A model generated the notes under the pieces. It worked only from the letters and a program-made list of their open reading frames with translations. It was not told the origin of the DNA and did not search any database. A stretch of DNA of 64,000 nucleotides from the NCBI GenBank assembly GCA_050613775.1, contig JBODTK010000011.1, positions 1,054,001 through 1,118,000 of the forward strand. Reading direction: 5' to 3'. Of the stretch, positions 37,409 through 52,991 are shown in pieces. A program made the translations under genes and the position numbers. This stretch comes from Neocallimastix sp. 'constans' (lineage: Eukaryota). Each line of letters begins with the position of its first letter. Position 1 is the first letter of the stretch.

Positions 37409-39446
37409 ATATATATATATATATATATATTGGAATTTTTAATTTTAACCTATATTCTACAATTTTATTTATTATATTTTATTATATCAATAATTATTAC
37501 ATATAAAATAATATAATGATATTTAAATTATTTTAATAAAATTTGTATTATCATACTTCTTTATTTAAATATATATATATATATATATATATATTTCTAT
37601 AATAATAGTTAAAATTTAAAATGAAAATACATATATCAAATATATTATGAATTAAATTTTAATATTCTAATATTTTTTTTAATTTTATTTTTTTTTTTTC
37701 TTATAATATTTCATGAAAGTTAACCTAAATTCGAAATTAAGATTTTTGTTTTATACATAATAAATAATTAAAATGATCAAATATTAATATTAATATAATT
37801 AACATTAATATTAATAATAAAAGAAATAAAAGAAATAATTCCATTTATGTGGATTATTGTACCACCCTTGTTGAGAATGGTATTTGTTATTGCTGTATTG
37901 AAGTTCGTCATTTGTATAAATCGCAACAAGGGCGATAGGCACAGAAAGCAGAGGAAGTGTTGGTATACTATTCATTGATACTAAAAAAAAAAATTTGTAA
38001 TTGAACTTCTCGTCTGGATATCACCTGCATAGTCGGTATTTAGCAAAAACCGCTATAATTTTGGAGTTCCTTTGAAAAAATTTAAGCATAGTTCATTGTT
38101 CCTTTTTTTTTTTTTTTTTAAGTATCGCATAACCTTGATAGCATTTACCTAATCTTCCATATTAGGATTTTTTTTTTTTTTAATTTTCTTGCTGCCTTAT
38201 TTACAGTAAAAAAGTATATCCGGTCTAGTATTTATTGCCAAGCATAAAAGGCTTCCTACGTATGGTACCTCTATATTGGGTTTCATTAACTGGCTTTTTT
38301 TTTTACAAAGTACTTTATCTTCAATTGAAGTTCTTTTCATATTTGAATATCCAGAGGGATGATTTAATATTACAATTTTTTTTTTTTTTGGTATTCTTTT
38401 AACAGTTGTATAAACATTGAGTTTTCTCATTCTTTCCAATTCTTCTTTTTTACTGATTGTATCCATTCATTTTTATCTTTTAATTTAAAAATATCTTCAT
38501 ATTTGTTTGGTTCTTCCGCGGAGCTTCGTTAAACTTTTGTTTGTTTTGCTTTTGTTGCTTTTTAAGTTGATCTAATTTTCTTTTATTACGAGTTTATGAT
38601 TGTTTTAAATTTTTTATCATTGAAACATTGATGATATTTTTTTTATCTTCATTCTTTTTTTTGATTTATATTCGTTTTATTGATATTTTAATTTTGAAAA
38701 TTATTTTTGATTTATTGATGATTGTTTGGATTCGATATTCTTGATGTGGTGTTTGGAAAATAAGTGTTGTTTTGGAAATATGTGTTTATTCCCCCTAATT
38801 TCATGATTTTGGATAAAATTAATAGGAGTGGAGTGACAATGAGTAAGATAATTATTAGTAGGAACATGTTCAAAAAAAAAAAAAATTCAACAGAACAGGA
38901 TATAATTATTTTGTTATTTTTAATATCTAAAATCTTGTAAGAAGAAGGGTTGCTGGTGTAACCTAGAAAAATATCTGGTAGAGTATTGTTATTATTATTA
39001 TACCTTATTCCTGAATGATTTAGGAACGTAGAAAAAAAAAAAAAACTTTACAGCCAAAAACTCGAAGATTAATAATAATTTTTACTTTGGATTTATAAAT
39101 TATTTCGAATGGTAATTTGTTAGCAATGCCTTTATGTGGTAGAATGATATGAATGTAATTTCGCCGTGACTACAGCGTCTTCCTAAAATTGATGGCTTAA
39201 CTTTGTATCGTAAAGCATGGTCTTTGCAACATTAATAAGTGACCCATTAAATTGTTCAACTCTAACCATTAGATTGAGGGGGTGATTATGGGACAGTGAA
39301 TTGTTGTTGTTGTTCCATAGTATTGGTAGAATTGCCTTAATTTTTTAAATTGTTGAAAATTCCAAACCATTATCAGACCTAATGAAATTTAATTCTTGTA
39401 TTGAATTGGTTTTTTTTAATTCTATTAAACCAAAGAAGAAAACTAG

Positions 39447-39478
<32 letters not shown>

Positions 39479-40296
39479 TCGCTTTTATTTTTTTTTAAGA
39501 ATAAAATCCAACCATATCTAGAGAAGTCATCAAGTATGGTGAAGAAGTAGCAATTACCCTATAGCGATTTCGGAACAGGAGCCCGCTAAATCCATATGTA
39601 ATAATTAAAATATTCTTGTTTATCGATAATTTGTGAGGTTTATTTCTAATTTTGGAATTGGAACAAATGGAGCAATTTAATTGAAATTTTGATTTTTAAT
39701 AATTTATTTTTAATATTGTCAATATCAAAATGGCAAAATCTTCGATGCCATAATTCTAATTTTTTCAGAAAGATTAAGAATAATTAAACTTAATACTTTA
39801 TATTTGTATTAATACTTTTTTTTTGTAGTTAAATTAATCATTTTAGTTGAAATCCAAATTTTGAAGGTATTGGAAGAATTTGAAGTAACATTTGTTATTC
39901 TTTTTCCAAAACTTATAAATGATTAATTCAGGTATATTGTTATTTGAATTGAAAACTAATATATATTTTTTTTGTTGAATTAATTTTCCCACATGAATTA
40001 AGTTTTTTTTTTTGTTGATTTTATCTGAATAGAAAACTTCACTAATTGAAATATTGATGTTATTAATAAATCCATTGAAAATACCATCATATATATCATG
40101 AAAATACCATCATATCTTGAAATGAGAGTGCTACCAATAGCTGAATGAATTTTTTCATTGTATGGTTTAATTTTAAATAATAAATTTATTTAATTTGTAA
40201 TATTAATTCAAGCACCGGAATCAATTATCCAACTACTTATGCTATTGCTAATTTGGTTTATTTCTGTATTATTATCTGAATTATAGTCTTTAATAT

Positions 40297-41023
40297 GAGG
40301 GTGGTGCGTTTCGGAATGTGGCTTTAAAATTTTACATAAATTTTCATTTCGGAATGTGGCTTATTTTATTTTTATAAATTTTTATTTATGAATATAATAT
40401 TTAAAACATTAAAATAAAATGGCACATATAATTTCTTTGAAAAAATAATTATTAAAAATATTTAAAATGTGATATATTTCAAAAAAAATGATGATTTACA
40501 TTCGCCATATTCTGAAAATTTTTATTTATTTATTAATTTATTCATTTATTTATTTAATAATAATATTTAATAATATTTTTTATTTATACTATTTTTTAAT
40601 TATAAAGTTTGTTTATTATATGGAAATATAATAATTTACATTAATTCTTTTTTTTATTTTATTTTTTTATTATAAAATAAAATATTTATTTATTTATTAT
40701 TTATTTATTTATTTATATAATAAAAAATTACAGTTATAAATATAAATAAATATGAAAATATTTTATTTTATTTTTTTTGTATTTTATTTTTTTAATCTTT
40801 TTTATTTTTTTTATTTTTTTATTTTTTTATTTTTTTTTATTTTTTTATTTTTTTATTTTTTATTATCAAATATATATTAAATTATGAAATTATTATATAA
40901 TAAAATATTTATTTAATTATTATTTAATTATTTATTTATATAAAAAAATTTATATATAATACGCCATCTCAAAAACATGTGGCTTATATCTATTCACGTG
41001 CGGTTCCGAAACGCGCTCTCCCC
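40297..41023. mobile_element. MITE-like non-autonomous DNA transposon
   Basis: Imperfect TIRs GAGGGTGGTGCGTTTCGGAA / TTCCGAAACGCGCTCTCCCC; internal ATGTGGC motifs shared with 57094-57393. Confidence 0.6.
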
Positions 41024-41160
41024 ATTATAAAAGTACATAATATATTTATATATATTTTTTCTTTAAAAATAGAAAAAATTTTTTATATTTTAAAACATTT
41101 AATTAATTTAATTTAAAGATAATATTTTTACCCTAAATAATATAATTTTATACTTTTTAT

Positions 41161-41648
41161 ACATAATACTATTTTAAATCATTTAATTATACATAATATT
41201 ATTTTAAATCATTAAATTATACATAATACTATTTTAAATCATTAAATTATACATAATACTATTTTAAATCATTTAATTATACATAAATTATACATAATAC
41301 TATTTTAAATCATTAAATTATACATAATACTATTTTAAATCATTAAATTATACATAATACTATTTTAAATCATTTAATTATACATAATATTATTTTAAAT
41401 CATTAAATTATACATAATACTATTTTAAATCATTTAATTATACATAATATTATTTTAAATCATTAAATTATACATAATACTATTTTAAATCATTAAATTA
41501 TACATAATACTATTTTAAATCATTTAATTATACATAATACTATTTTAAATCATTAAATTATACATAATACTATTTTAAATCATTTAATTATACATAAATT
41601 ATACATAATACTATTTTAAATCATTAAATTATACATAATACTATTTTA
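41161..41648. repeat. 30-bp minisatellite, ~16 copies
   Basis: Unit ACATAATACTATTTTAAATCATT(A/T)AATTAT. Confidence 0.95.
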
Positions 41649-43124
41649 CATTTAATATTTTACCTTTTAATTATATTTTTTACTAATATTCAAAAAAATA
41701 AAAAAATAAAAAAATAAATAAAATAAATATATATTTATATATTTATATATTTATATATTTATATATTAAAAGAAACTTTAATTAAATAAAAAAGAACTTT
41801 AATTAAATAAAAAAGAAACTTTAATTAAAAGAAATAAAATATTTAATATAAAAATATATAAAGAATTAATATAATTTCTCATTGTATAAAAATTAAAGAA
41901 TTCAAAGTAAATTAGTTAAATTCTTTTTAATTTAAAGTAAATTCCAATGTTCCAATTTCATTTGATGCCATTTTTGTACTACCTAATTAATTTATATAAT
42001 ATTTAAACTTTTTAAAAAAAAATTTTTTTAAAATAATTCTTTATTATTAGAAACTAATAAAAATTTTGAACTAATTAAAATAATAATAAAAATAAAAATA
42101 ATAGTAAAAATAAAAATAAAAATAAAACAAAATAAATTGTAGAATATTAAATAAGAAAATGCCAATTAATTAAAATAAATAAAAATAGGTTTTAGTAAAT
42201 TGGGTGGATATAAGTTAGTATATCATAAATATTTAATTATAAATGTTTTATCTATTTAAGAGGTTTTTAATAGATTATAATACATTTATATAAAAAAATA
42301 AAATTTTGATATTGTTTTGTTTTGTTTTTTGTAAAGTTTCTTGTGTTCTTTATATTATTTTATTTTATTTTATTATGTATCACTTAATAAACCACAAAAA
42401 AAAATTTGATTTAAATAAAAAAAAAAAAAATTATAAAATTATTTTCCCTAAATATATAGTGTAATTCTAATTCTAATTCTAATTCTAATTCTAATTAATT
42501 TTTTTATATGGAATATTTTTAATCCTATTAGTAATAAACTTACAATACTAATAAAAATAATTATAATTAATTATTATACAATATTATAATAATAATAAAA
42601 TAAAAGCTTTGAAATCATTCAACAGTAACACGAACCCAAAACATTAATAATTTTTATGGAACAAAAATTTAAATATTATTATTTTTTTTTTTTTTAAAGA
42701 TTTCATTTTTTTAAGGTTCTATTTTTTTAAAGTTTTTATTTTTATATTTTTTTTTTTAAGGTTCTATTTTTTTTTTTTTTTTCACAATATTTTATTTAAA
42801 AACAAATTGATGTCGGAATATTATTATTATGTCTTATCTTTCCATGTTTTATGATGGTCACTCTAAACTTTAATACATATATAAAACATAATGACATAAT
42901 ATTATTAATATATATATGAAGATTTTAATCCAAAATGTCAAACGATAGTTTGGTTAATAAATAAAAATATTTATAATAAATAGAGTTATTAAAGGATAAT
43001 AATTAAAGTTAAGATTTAAAAATATTTCATTATTTAATAATTTTGATTATAAAGTTTAATTCTTAAATTAATTATTAAAAAATGGATTATTATTAATAAA
43101 ATAAAATATTTCAAAAAAAAATTA

Positions 43125-43156
<32 letters not shown>

Positions 43157-43606
43157 TAAAAATGAAGAGATAACTATATTGATAATCATGATAAAACCTA
43201 ATTTCAAAAAGTTTAAACTATTAAACAATGCATACAATTATTGGTATTTAAAATAAAAGAATTAAACCAATAATTATTATTAATTTATAGATAATAATAA
43301 AATAAAATAAAATAAAAAATTATAATCATAAATACTAATAAAGTAATCTTTTTTATTTATATATAAAAATAAATAATTAAATAAATAAATAATAATTATA
43401 ATAAATAAATAAATAAATAAAAAAAGATAGAGCAAGAAGAGCAAGAGAAAAGAGAAGTTATTTAATAAATTAAATTACTATTGTGGAAGAAATATATAAA
43501 TTTTAATGTTAAGTGAATTCTATTTTTTTTTTATATATATTTCATAAAAATACTTCATAAAATAAATATTTCATATATTTCATATATTTTAATAAAAAAA
43601 GATAAA

Positions 43607-43900
43607 TTTTTATTTTATTTTATTTTATTTTATTTTATTTTATTTTATTTTATTTTATTTTATTTTATTTTATTTTATTTTATTTTTATTTTATTTTATT
43701 TTATTTTATTTTATTTTATTTTATTTTATTTTATTTTATTTTATTTTATTTTATTTTATTTTATTTTATTTTATTTTATTTTATTTTATTTTATTTTATT
43801 TTATTTTATTTTATTTTATTTTATTTTATTTTATTTTATTTTATTTTATTTTATTTTATTTTATTTTATTTTATTTTATTTTATTTTATTTTATTTTATT
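43607..43900. repeat. (TTTTA)n microsatellite
   Basis: Near-perfect pentanucleotide run. Confidence 0.95.
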
Positions 43901-44097
43901 TTTTTTAAATTTTTAAGTTTATCTAACGATGATCTTTTTTTTTTTTAATATTCCTAATGATGATGTAAATCAATCTAATTATTTAATTTAGAGAGTAAAA
44001 TACATAAAAAAAAATAAATAAAAATAAAATATAAAAATAAAAATATATTTATTTATATATATAATAAATAATAAAAATAAATAATAAATAATAAATA

Positions 44098-44143
<46 letters not shown>

Positions 44144-44564
44144 TCAATAAGCAATGAATAAAAATAATGATAGTTTAAAAACGTATTAATTAAACAATAG
44201 AAATAATAAATAAATAAATAAATAAATAAACAATAATAAATAATTAAATAATAATAAATTTTTTTTTTTTTTATATTAAATTTAATGGTAAATTTAATTA
44301 AAATAAAATCCACTTTTTTTTTTTTCTTTTTTTAACTCATTAAAATAGGGGTAAAATAATATATTTCGAAATACAATAAAAAAAAAAAATAAATTAATAA
44401 TTTATGAATTTTTTTTTTTTTTTTTTTTATATTGTTATACATTGTTACACATATATAGATACAGATATATTACAGTAAATTATATTTTGGAAAGAAAAAA
44501 AAAAATAAAATAAAAAATAAATAAATTAAATAATGACAAAAAAATAAAATATAAAAAAAAAAAA

Positions 44565-44595
<31 letters not shown>

Positions 44596-45014
44596 AAATA
44601 TTTATTATTACCTTTCATGTAATAATAAGTTTATTACTACTTTTAATTTTCTTAATATTTTACATTTCTTAATTTATTTACTTTATTTTTATTTATTGTT
44701 ATCTTTTTTTTTGTTTTTTTTTTTTTTTGTTTTTACTTTATTTTTATTTTTACATTTATTTTTATTTTTATTTTTACATTTATTTTTATTTTTCTTCTAT
44801 TTCTATTTCTATTTTTTATTATTATATTTAATTTTTTTTTTATTATATAAATTATAAATTAGTACTACTATCATTATTTATAAATAAATATATATATATA
44901 TATATAAAAAAGAAAAAAAAAAAACTATTTAATAAATATGCGTAAAAATATTTAATATTATAATCATCATACATATAAATAAAATATATATATATATTAT
45001 TATATGTACATTTT

Positions 45015-46298
45015 TTAAATATTTCCATTATATTTATATATATTATTGCTAGGGATATAATTTCCCAATAAATTATTATAATTTAAATCATTATAATTTA
45101 TTTTATTATTATATAAATTATTATTATATGGACTATTTTTAAAAGGAGGATTATTAAAATTCATTTCATAGCCATTATCTACACTATTACCATTATTATA
45201 TTTATTTATAATATCATAATTACTATAATATATGGTTTTATTAGCATTAAAACTGTCAAGTTCATCATAATTTTTATGATCATGATATATCATATTAAAA
45301 TTGAATTTATTTTTATTATAATCATTATTGATACTGTTAGAATTATTACTTGAACTTTGTTTAGATTTATTATTTGTTTCAACGTAAAATCTCAACATAA
45401 TTTGATCAATATACATAAAAACATAATTAAAATTAAGAATACAAACACGAATTGAATCAATAATGGCGTCATTACAATAAGTACCCAATTTACCTAGTCG
45501 CTCATGATCATCAAGAGAATAATTTTGATTAGTTAAATAAATAATTTCTATACAAAAACCAAAAATAAATGGAGCTCCTATTATAGTCACCAATATAGAT
45601 AAATAAATACGATATTCTGAAATTTGTTTAAATCTAAGAAGAAAGGTATTTTCATTGGTTCTTTGATTACTTTTTAGATCCTTCATCTTATTGAAAACAT
45701 TTTTTTTCAAAGCAACAATAACAGTAATATCATATGCTATACTAAATATTTGTTGTATGGCAACATTAACCCACTTTTCTAATTTATTTCTTGCCATATC
45801 CAAGACATAATAATCCCCTTGATGAGGATCCTCATAATTATAACCATTTCTAAAGGGTATATATTTCATAAAAACAATGATTTGTGTTATCTTAATTACA
45901 TTATAACTTATACACATCACAAAAACCCATCGTAATTTTTTCTTATTCTTAATAAGAACTTTAGTTCTAATTAAAAGATACCAATCTCCAATGATTTCAC
46001 TTGAAAACCAAAATAAACTGGCTACCCCATAACTATATAACCATCCTTCATTATTATAAGGCCATGCATCGGATTTTCGCTCAAATAAGGTTAAACTTCC
46101 TTCAAGCATATCACCAATACTTCTAAAAACCCAATGTACTATCAATAAAAAATTGATAGGTCTTTTCCAATTATGTTGAGATAAAAGAAGAACTAAACAA
46201 GTCCATAGGAAAAAAGTACTAGTTATTAATTTAAGTGCAACCCTTTGAATTGTGTCCACTACTTCACTTTGACTTATTCCTTCAAATATTGATAACAT
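45015..46298 (-). CDS. Predicted seven-transmembrane protein with Asn-rich C-terminal tail
   Basis: Intronless 427-aa ORF with seven hydrophobic segments by eye; family not recognised. Confidence 0.8.
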   Translation of the reverse strand: MLSIFEGISQSEVVDTIQRVALKLITSTFFLWTCLVLLLSQHNWKRPINFLLIVHWVFRSIGDMLEGSLTLFERKSDAWPYNNEGWLYSYGVASLFWFSSEIIGDWYLLIRTKVLIKNKKKLRWVFVMCISYNVIKITQIIVFMKYIPFRNGYNYEDPHQGDYYVLDMARNKLEKWVNVAIQQIFSIAYDITVIVALKKNVFNKMKDLKSNQRTNENTFLLRFKQISEYRIYLSILVTIIGAPFIFGFCIEIIYLTNQNYSLDDHERLGKLGTYCNDAIIDSIRVCILNFNYVFMYIDQIMLRFYVETNNKSKQSSSNNSNSINNDYNKNKFNFNMIYHDHKNYDELDSFNANKTIYYSNYDIINKYNNGNSVDNGYEMNFNNPPFKNSPYNNNLYNNKINYNDLNYNNLLGNYIPSNNIYKYNGNI

Positions 46299-47168
46299 TC
46301 TTTTGAATTATTTTAATACAATAATATTAATGTAATTATAATTTGTATTTTTTTTTTTAATTTATTTACTTTTTTTTTTCAATATTTCAATATATATATA
46401 TTTTTATATATTTTCATATATTTTTATTTAATATTTATATATATTTATATATATATTTTTTTTTACATAAATTATTATATTACTAGAGCTATTTCTTGAA
46501 ATAATTTATGAACGATTTCGCTTTCTTTTTTTTTTTCAATTATTTTATTTTAGTAAATTTTATAATTTAAATAAATATGGATATATATATATATTTTTTT
46601 AAATAATTTTGCTTATTCCTTTCTTTAAGTTTATTTTATTATATCTAATTATAATATATATCCATTTTTTTTTTTCTTTTGTAATTCATAAGAAAAAAAT
46701 AAAAAAAAAAAAAAAATTTTTTTTTTTTTTGATAGATTTTCTATATATTTATATTATTTTTACAAAACATACAATTAACAAATTAATCTAAAATTTATTT
46801 TTTTTATAGTATTTTACTCTTTTTTTTTTTTTTTTTTAAATAATTTTATTTATTAATAATTTTATTCATTAATAATTTTATTTACTATAAAATAAATTAA
46901 AAAGATGAAAATCTTTTCTTTTTGTACATATTAATTTCAAATTAAATTGTTTGAGAATTTAATTAATATAGGAAAATTGAATTTTTATATAATTTTATTT
47001 TTTTTTTTTTTTTTTTTATTTTTTTTTTTTATAAATTGGAAAGATGAATATTATTGGTTTTAAAAAAGAGAGAGCTGCTTTGTATTCAAACCATTCATAC
47101 TATTCATAATTTGTTAATATTAACTTTATAATTTTTACTTCATTTGACCTTTAATTAATGGAAACATT

Positions 47169-47199
<31 letters not shown>

Positions 47200-47448
47200 T
47201 TATTTATTTATTTATTTATTATTTATTATTTATTTATTAATATCTACTATAAGTCTTACTTTATCTTTAATTTAAATAAATGGATGTAACTATTATTATT
47301 ATTACAGTGTACCATGATTACTCAATGTAACAAAACATTATTGTCATTTTTTATAGGCAAATACATTCCCAAAAAAAAAAAATAAAATAAAAATATTAAA
47401 AATTCAATATAACTTTATTATTTTTCTTGAATATAAAAAGATAAAAAC

Positions 47449-47483
<35 letters not shown>

Positions 47484-49142
47484 TTTCTTGTATTTAATTA
47501 TATTAAAAAAAATGAATGGATTAAAAATAAATAAAAATTAAGACTTCAATAGAACTAAAAGAAAATAAATAAATAAATAAATAAAAATAAAATTAATATA
47601 AAATTAATATAAAATAAATAAATAAATAAATAAATTTTTTTATTCCATAACTCTATTAATAAATAAAACAAACATTATATCCCATATTCTCATTTATTTT
47701 TAATAATTTTTAAAATTTTATAAATTATTAAGAGAAATAAAAAAAAAATAATAAAAGAAAAACAAGTAAAAAGGAACAAAATATAATATGCAGTTTATTA
47801 TTTATATATTTGTTCATATAGGTATCTATTATTATTATTATTATTATTTATTATTATTAATTATTTATTATTATTATTATTTATTATTATTATTATTTAT
47901 TATTATTATTTATTATTTATTATTATGTATTATTAATTATTTAATTATTTAATTATTTAAAGTATTAAATTTTATTTTAAAGTTATTAATACTATCAAGA
48001 TTAAATATAATAATAGAATTTAATAATATTCTAATAAAAACAAAAATATATATTAGGTTTTATCATTATTATTCAATATTCAATTATTTATTATTTATTC
48101 AAATATTTATTTAAATATTTATTCTATTGTTTATTCAAGTATTTATTCAATTGTTTATTCAAGTATTCATTCATTATTCAACTATCTTTTCAATTATTTA
48201 TTCAATTATTTATTCATTTAATATATATTAATTATTACGTATTTATTTGGTTTTTCCTTTTCTTAAAGAGAGTTTTCTTCAAAAGATTAAATACATCTTT
48301 TAATGTTTAATAGGTAAGAACTAATCAAATTATTATTAAATATAGTTTTATTAAATTAATTGTCCATTTATAAAAAAATATATATATCCTCTATTTCTAT
48401 ATATATAACTTATTATTTCTATTCTATTATAAATATAATAATTACATAGTAATAATAATAATGTTGTTGTTGTTGTTGGAATAGGTAAAATGTATGAAAA
48501 ATAAGCTTCAAATATATTGAAACATATTGTAATAAAAATTATATATTAGCCACAACGTATTAATATAAAACCCTTTATCATAAAATATATTAATAAGGTA
48601 TATATAATTATTAAATCCAAATTTCACACCACAAAACTCATTAATATTTTCTTTTAGTTTATAATTAATATTAACAAATAATATAATAAAAAAAAGAAAA
48701 GAAAAAAAATTTTTTTTTGTTATTTTTGGATGATTCAAAAAGCAATGAAGAGAGTTAAATTTCAACTCTATTTTCGAATTTATTTACTTTTATATTTGTA
48801 CATTCAATAAATGATCTATAAATAGAAGATATTTATTAGATTTATAATTACCTAAATTTTTGAATATTTATTATAAACTTTTAATTATTATATATTTATA
48901 AGAAATATAAAAATTAAATAAAAACTAAATAATTACTAACCTAAATAACTAATAATAATATAATAATAGTCATAGTAATAATATGTACAATACCATATTA
49001 AATAAATATTAGTAATATTTAAATGTATGAATAAGTATCAATTAAATAATTTAATATTTTTTTTTAAATTTTCATACTTTAAATAATTAAATAGTTTTTA
49101 TGAATATTTTATTTATTCATTCATTTAATTAATGAATTAATT

Positions 49143-49235
<93 letters not shown>

Positions 49236-49350
49236 TTCACATTTATATATATATATTTATATATATATATTTTTTTTTATGACAGTCTCAGATATAATAA
49301 AAAATTTAATAAATTAAAAAATTATACAGACATACGCCATTCTACTGACA

Positions 49351-49384
<34 letters not shown>

Positions 49385-49559
49385 TAATCTATTTATAAAT
49401 TAAATTTATCAAAATTTTATAAACTAAACAGAATAGCCATTAATTAAAAGGAAAAAAAATATTATATATATATATATATAAATATATTTGATTCAAATAT
49501 TAACATTTATTTTTAATAGATTTAATCTATCTATTTTATTTTATTTTTATTTTATTTTT

Positions 49560-49904
<345 letters not shown>

Positions 49905-51269
49905 ACTTTACTACCACACTATTTATTTTATTTTTATTTAATTTTATATTAGATAATATATATTATTATTTTTACTGTTTTATAATATATATATATATAT
50001 TTTAAAGAGTTATGGCAATAAAAAAAAATAATATATATATGTATTTTTTTACATTTTGATTTATGAGTATTGTTTATTTATAAATAAATTACTATATAAT
50101 ATAATAATATTATGTTATTTAATTATGTTAATTATTAATATTAATACAAATAATATATAATAAAATAAATATTTAGTTATTATTTTATATTCACATAATC
50201 TTTTCTTTTTTTTATAATAGTTTGACATTTTCTTAAGAAATTTATAATTAATTGATGATTATTATATTAATTAAAGTATATTTAATGGTTATTTTAATTG
50301 AAATATAATATGAATAAAGCATAACATTAAATAATAAATAATAGAATAATAAATATAATAGTAATACTAAATAACAATCATAAAAAATTTTTTTTATTAC
50401 TACTTTTATTATTTAAAATTTTTTTTAAAAAAAATTTACATAAAATTAAATAATTTATTTTTAATTTAAACTAATGAAGATTTTAAAATATGAAAAAAAA
50501 AGATATTCGGTTATAGTCGGTCTATCATTATTTACATTATAATAAATTAATTATTAAATATCTTATTTAATAATTCTATTAAATATATAAAAATTAAATA
50601 TTTTAAATTATTTTTTCATTCACATAATTATTTTTTATGTAATGATTTTACATTTTCATAATTAAATATAGGTTATTTGATAATTATTAAAATAAAATTA
50701 AAATAATGACATATTTAATTATACTTTTTGGTTGTAACATAATATTAATACATATTGTAGGTAGAGTAATAAATAATAAATGTAAAATAAAATTTTTATT
50801 TTTATTTTTTTTTTTATCATAAATAAGATGAAATATTATGAACTGTCAATACTAATAAAACTTTTATTACAGTTTTATAAGATGGTACTAGGGTGTTAGT
50901 TTTATTTATTAAAATATATATATATATATTAGATATCGCTTTTTTTTTTTTTTTTTTTTTTTTTCATTATTTTCTATTATTATTATTATAATTATATATT
51001 TCTTAAATTAGTCAATCCAAAAAATAGTTGAAATTGGAATATTTAAATTCTTTAGAATTATGGCTTTAGGATGAACATCATCGTGGAAACCTATAGATGG
51101 TAAAAGTTATTCTTTGCTATATTAAATAAAATTTTTTCTATTTCTTATTTCTTTTTTTTTTTTTTTTTTTTTTTATCTTATATTTTGATACTTTACATCA
51201 ATGGATCAGAGTAAAATCAATATTAATAAAGGTTAGGTTAATTAATTTATTAAATAATAATTAATATAT

Positions 51270-51930
51270 GGGAAGAGTTGCATATCTCCAAGTTATATTT
51301 TGGAACGTGGCTTATAAATAATTTAAATTGTAATATTAATATACATTATGGTAACAAAGATATTAAAATATTTTTTTAAAATTAAATATTATTAATTAAA
51401 TGTTATTTCTTTATTTTATTTTTAATTAAAAATTTAATTATTATTATTTATTTATCAAAAATAATTTAAGTCACGTCACCCTGACATCAACGGTTTATTA
51501 AAGTACATCTTATTTCATATAAAGCCACGTTCCGAAATACCACGTTCCATAATGTACCACATTCATTAATATATGATAAAAGGTTAGGTTAATTGATATA
51601 GTAAAAAAGAATCTATTGCATTTCACAATTTGACTTATACATTTTTAAAAATAAAGCCATATATTTTTAAGATATTCTATACAATCATAAATATATATAT
51701 ATAAATAATTATTATTTCAAAAGAAATAATAATATATTTTTATAATTAAATATTATTAAATAAATATAGAATATTTTATTAATTCTTTTGAAATAGTCAT
51801 TTAGTAATATTTAATATATTCTATTAAAAAATTATAAAAAATTATTTTTACAATTGAATATTAATAAATAATATATATAAAAAAGAGTATTTATTATTTA
51901 TTTAATTATTTAAAACAAGCATACATCATT
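51270..51930. mobile_element. MITE relics of the family seen at 57094-57393
   Basis: GGAACGTGGCTT / AAGCCACGTTCC inverted motifs; 51640-51925 aligns with 57150-57345. Confidence 0.6.
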
Positions 51931-52177
51931 TTTACATATTCCTTTTCTATTATCTGTTTTTTTTAAATGTTTTTAATAGATCATAACGATAATGTTTTTG
52001 GGAATATCTTCTGATATAAATATTAATATAAATATGAATATAAATATAAATATAAATATAATTCTTATAAAAGCCTTTAGAAAAAATTTTTTAAGCCATA
52101 TGCTGTTATGGTTATACAAAAAAAAAAAAAAAAAAAAAAGAAATAGAAATAAAATATATTATATATTTAATATTATA

Positions 52178-52221
<44 letters not shown>

Positions 52222-52488
52222 AAATAATATATTTATTTTTTAAAAATAAAGAAATAGAATAAAATAAAGGAAGATCGAAAGATTCATCATTGTTTTTATT
52301 CGTTTCCATGAATATTAACTTTTACTTAATTTGAATATTTTTTAAGCGGTCAGTTACATTTAAAAAAAAAAAAAATTAATTAATTATTTATTTATTCATT
52401 TATTTATTTATTTATCATTTCTAGTTAACTATTAATAAACTTAAATATTATTATTTTTTTATATTAAGGATTGACAATCAATCAAAGA

Positions 52489-52900
52489 GGAGAGTTGCAT
52501 TTCGCCAAATGACGTATTAAATAAATAAATAATTAAATAAATAAATAAAAATTCAATGTATGTTTTTTAAAACTTTTTTTATAGTATTTATTTAATAAAA
52601 ATTCCAAAATATGTTTTTTAAAACTTTTATTTTTTTTTTTTTTTATGATATTTATATTTTTAATATTTTATATAATATAAATATTATAAATAATTATTTT
52701 ATTATTATTTTTTAAAATATTAAAAATATATAATTCGTAAAAGTGATATTTAAAATAATATTGTATTAAATAAATATTATAAAAATAAAGTTTTAAAAAA
52801 ACATATTTTGGAATTTTTATTGAATAAATTTTATAAAAAAAAAAAAAAAAAAAGTTTTAAAAAACATACATTGAATTTTTATTTACTTATTTATTTATTT
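52489..52900. mobile_element. Palindromic MITE-like element
   Basis: Arms ~52540-52630 and ~52785-52885 are near reverse complements; starts with GGAGAGTTGCAT as at 51270. Confidence 0.6.
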
Positions 52901-52957
52901 ATTTATTAATTAAATAATAATTAAATAAAAAATAATTAAATAAAATAATAAATATTC

Positions 52958-52991
<34 letters not shown>

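Larger units (their letters stand above)
37990..41970 (-). mobile_element. Decayed Ty1/copia element, interrupted by a MITE and a minisatellite
   Basis: SWIIDSGA protease, HMDLA/TILDDFSRYGW/RSDNGLEF integrase, YVGSLLCLAINTRPDI RT and DYAGD RNase H start, in copia order. The right boundary is tentative. Confidence 0.75.

Noticed and set aside
41161..41648. CRISPR or coding repeat
   Set aside because: Spacer-less AT-rich minisatellite with no ORF.
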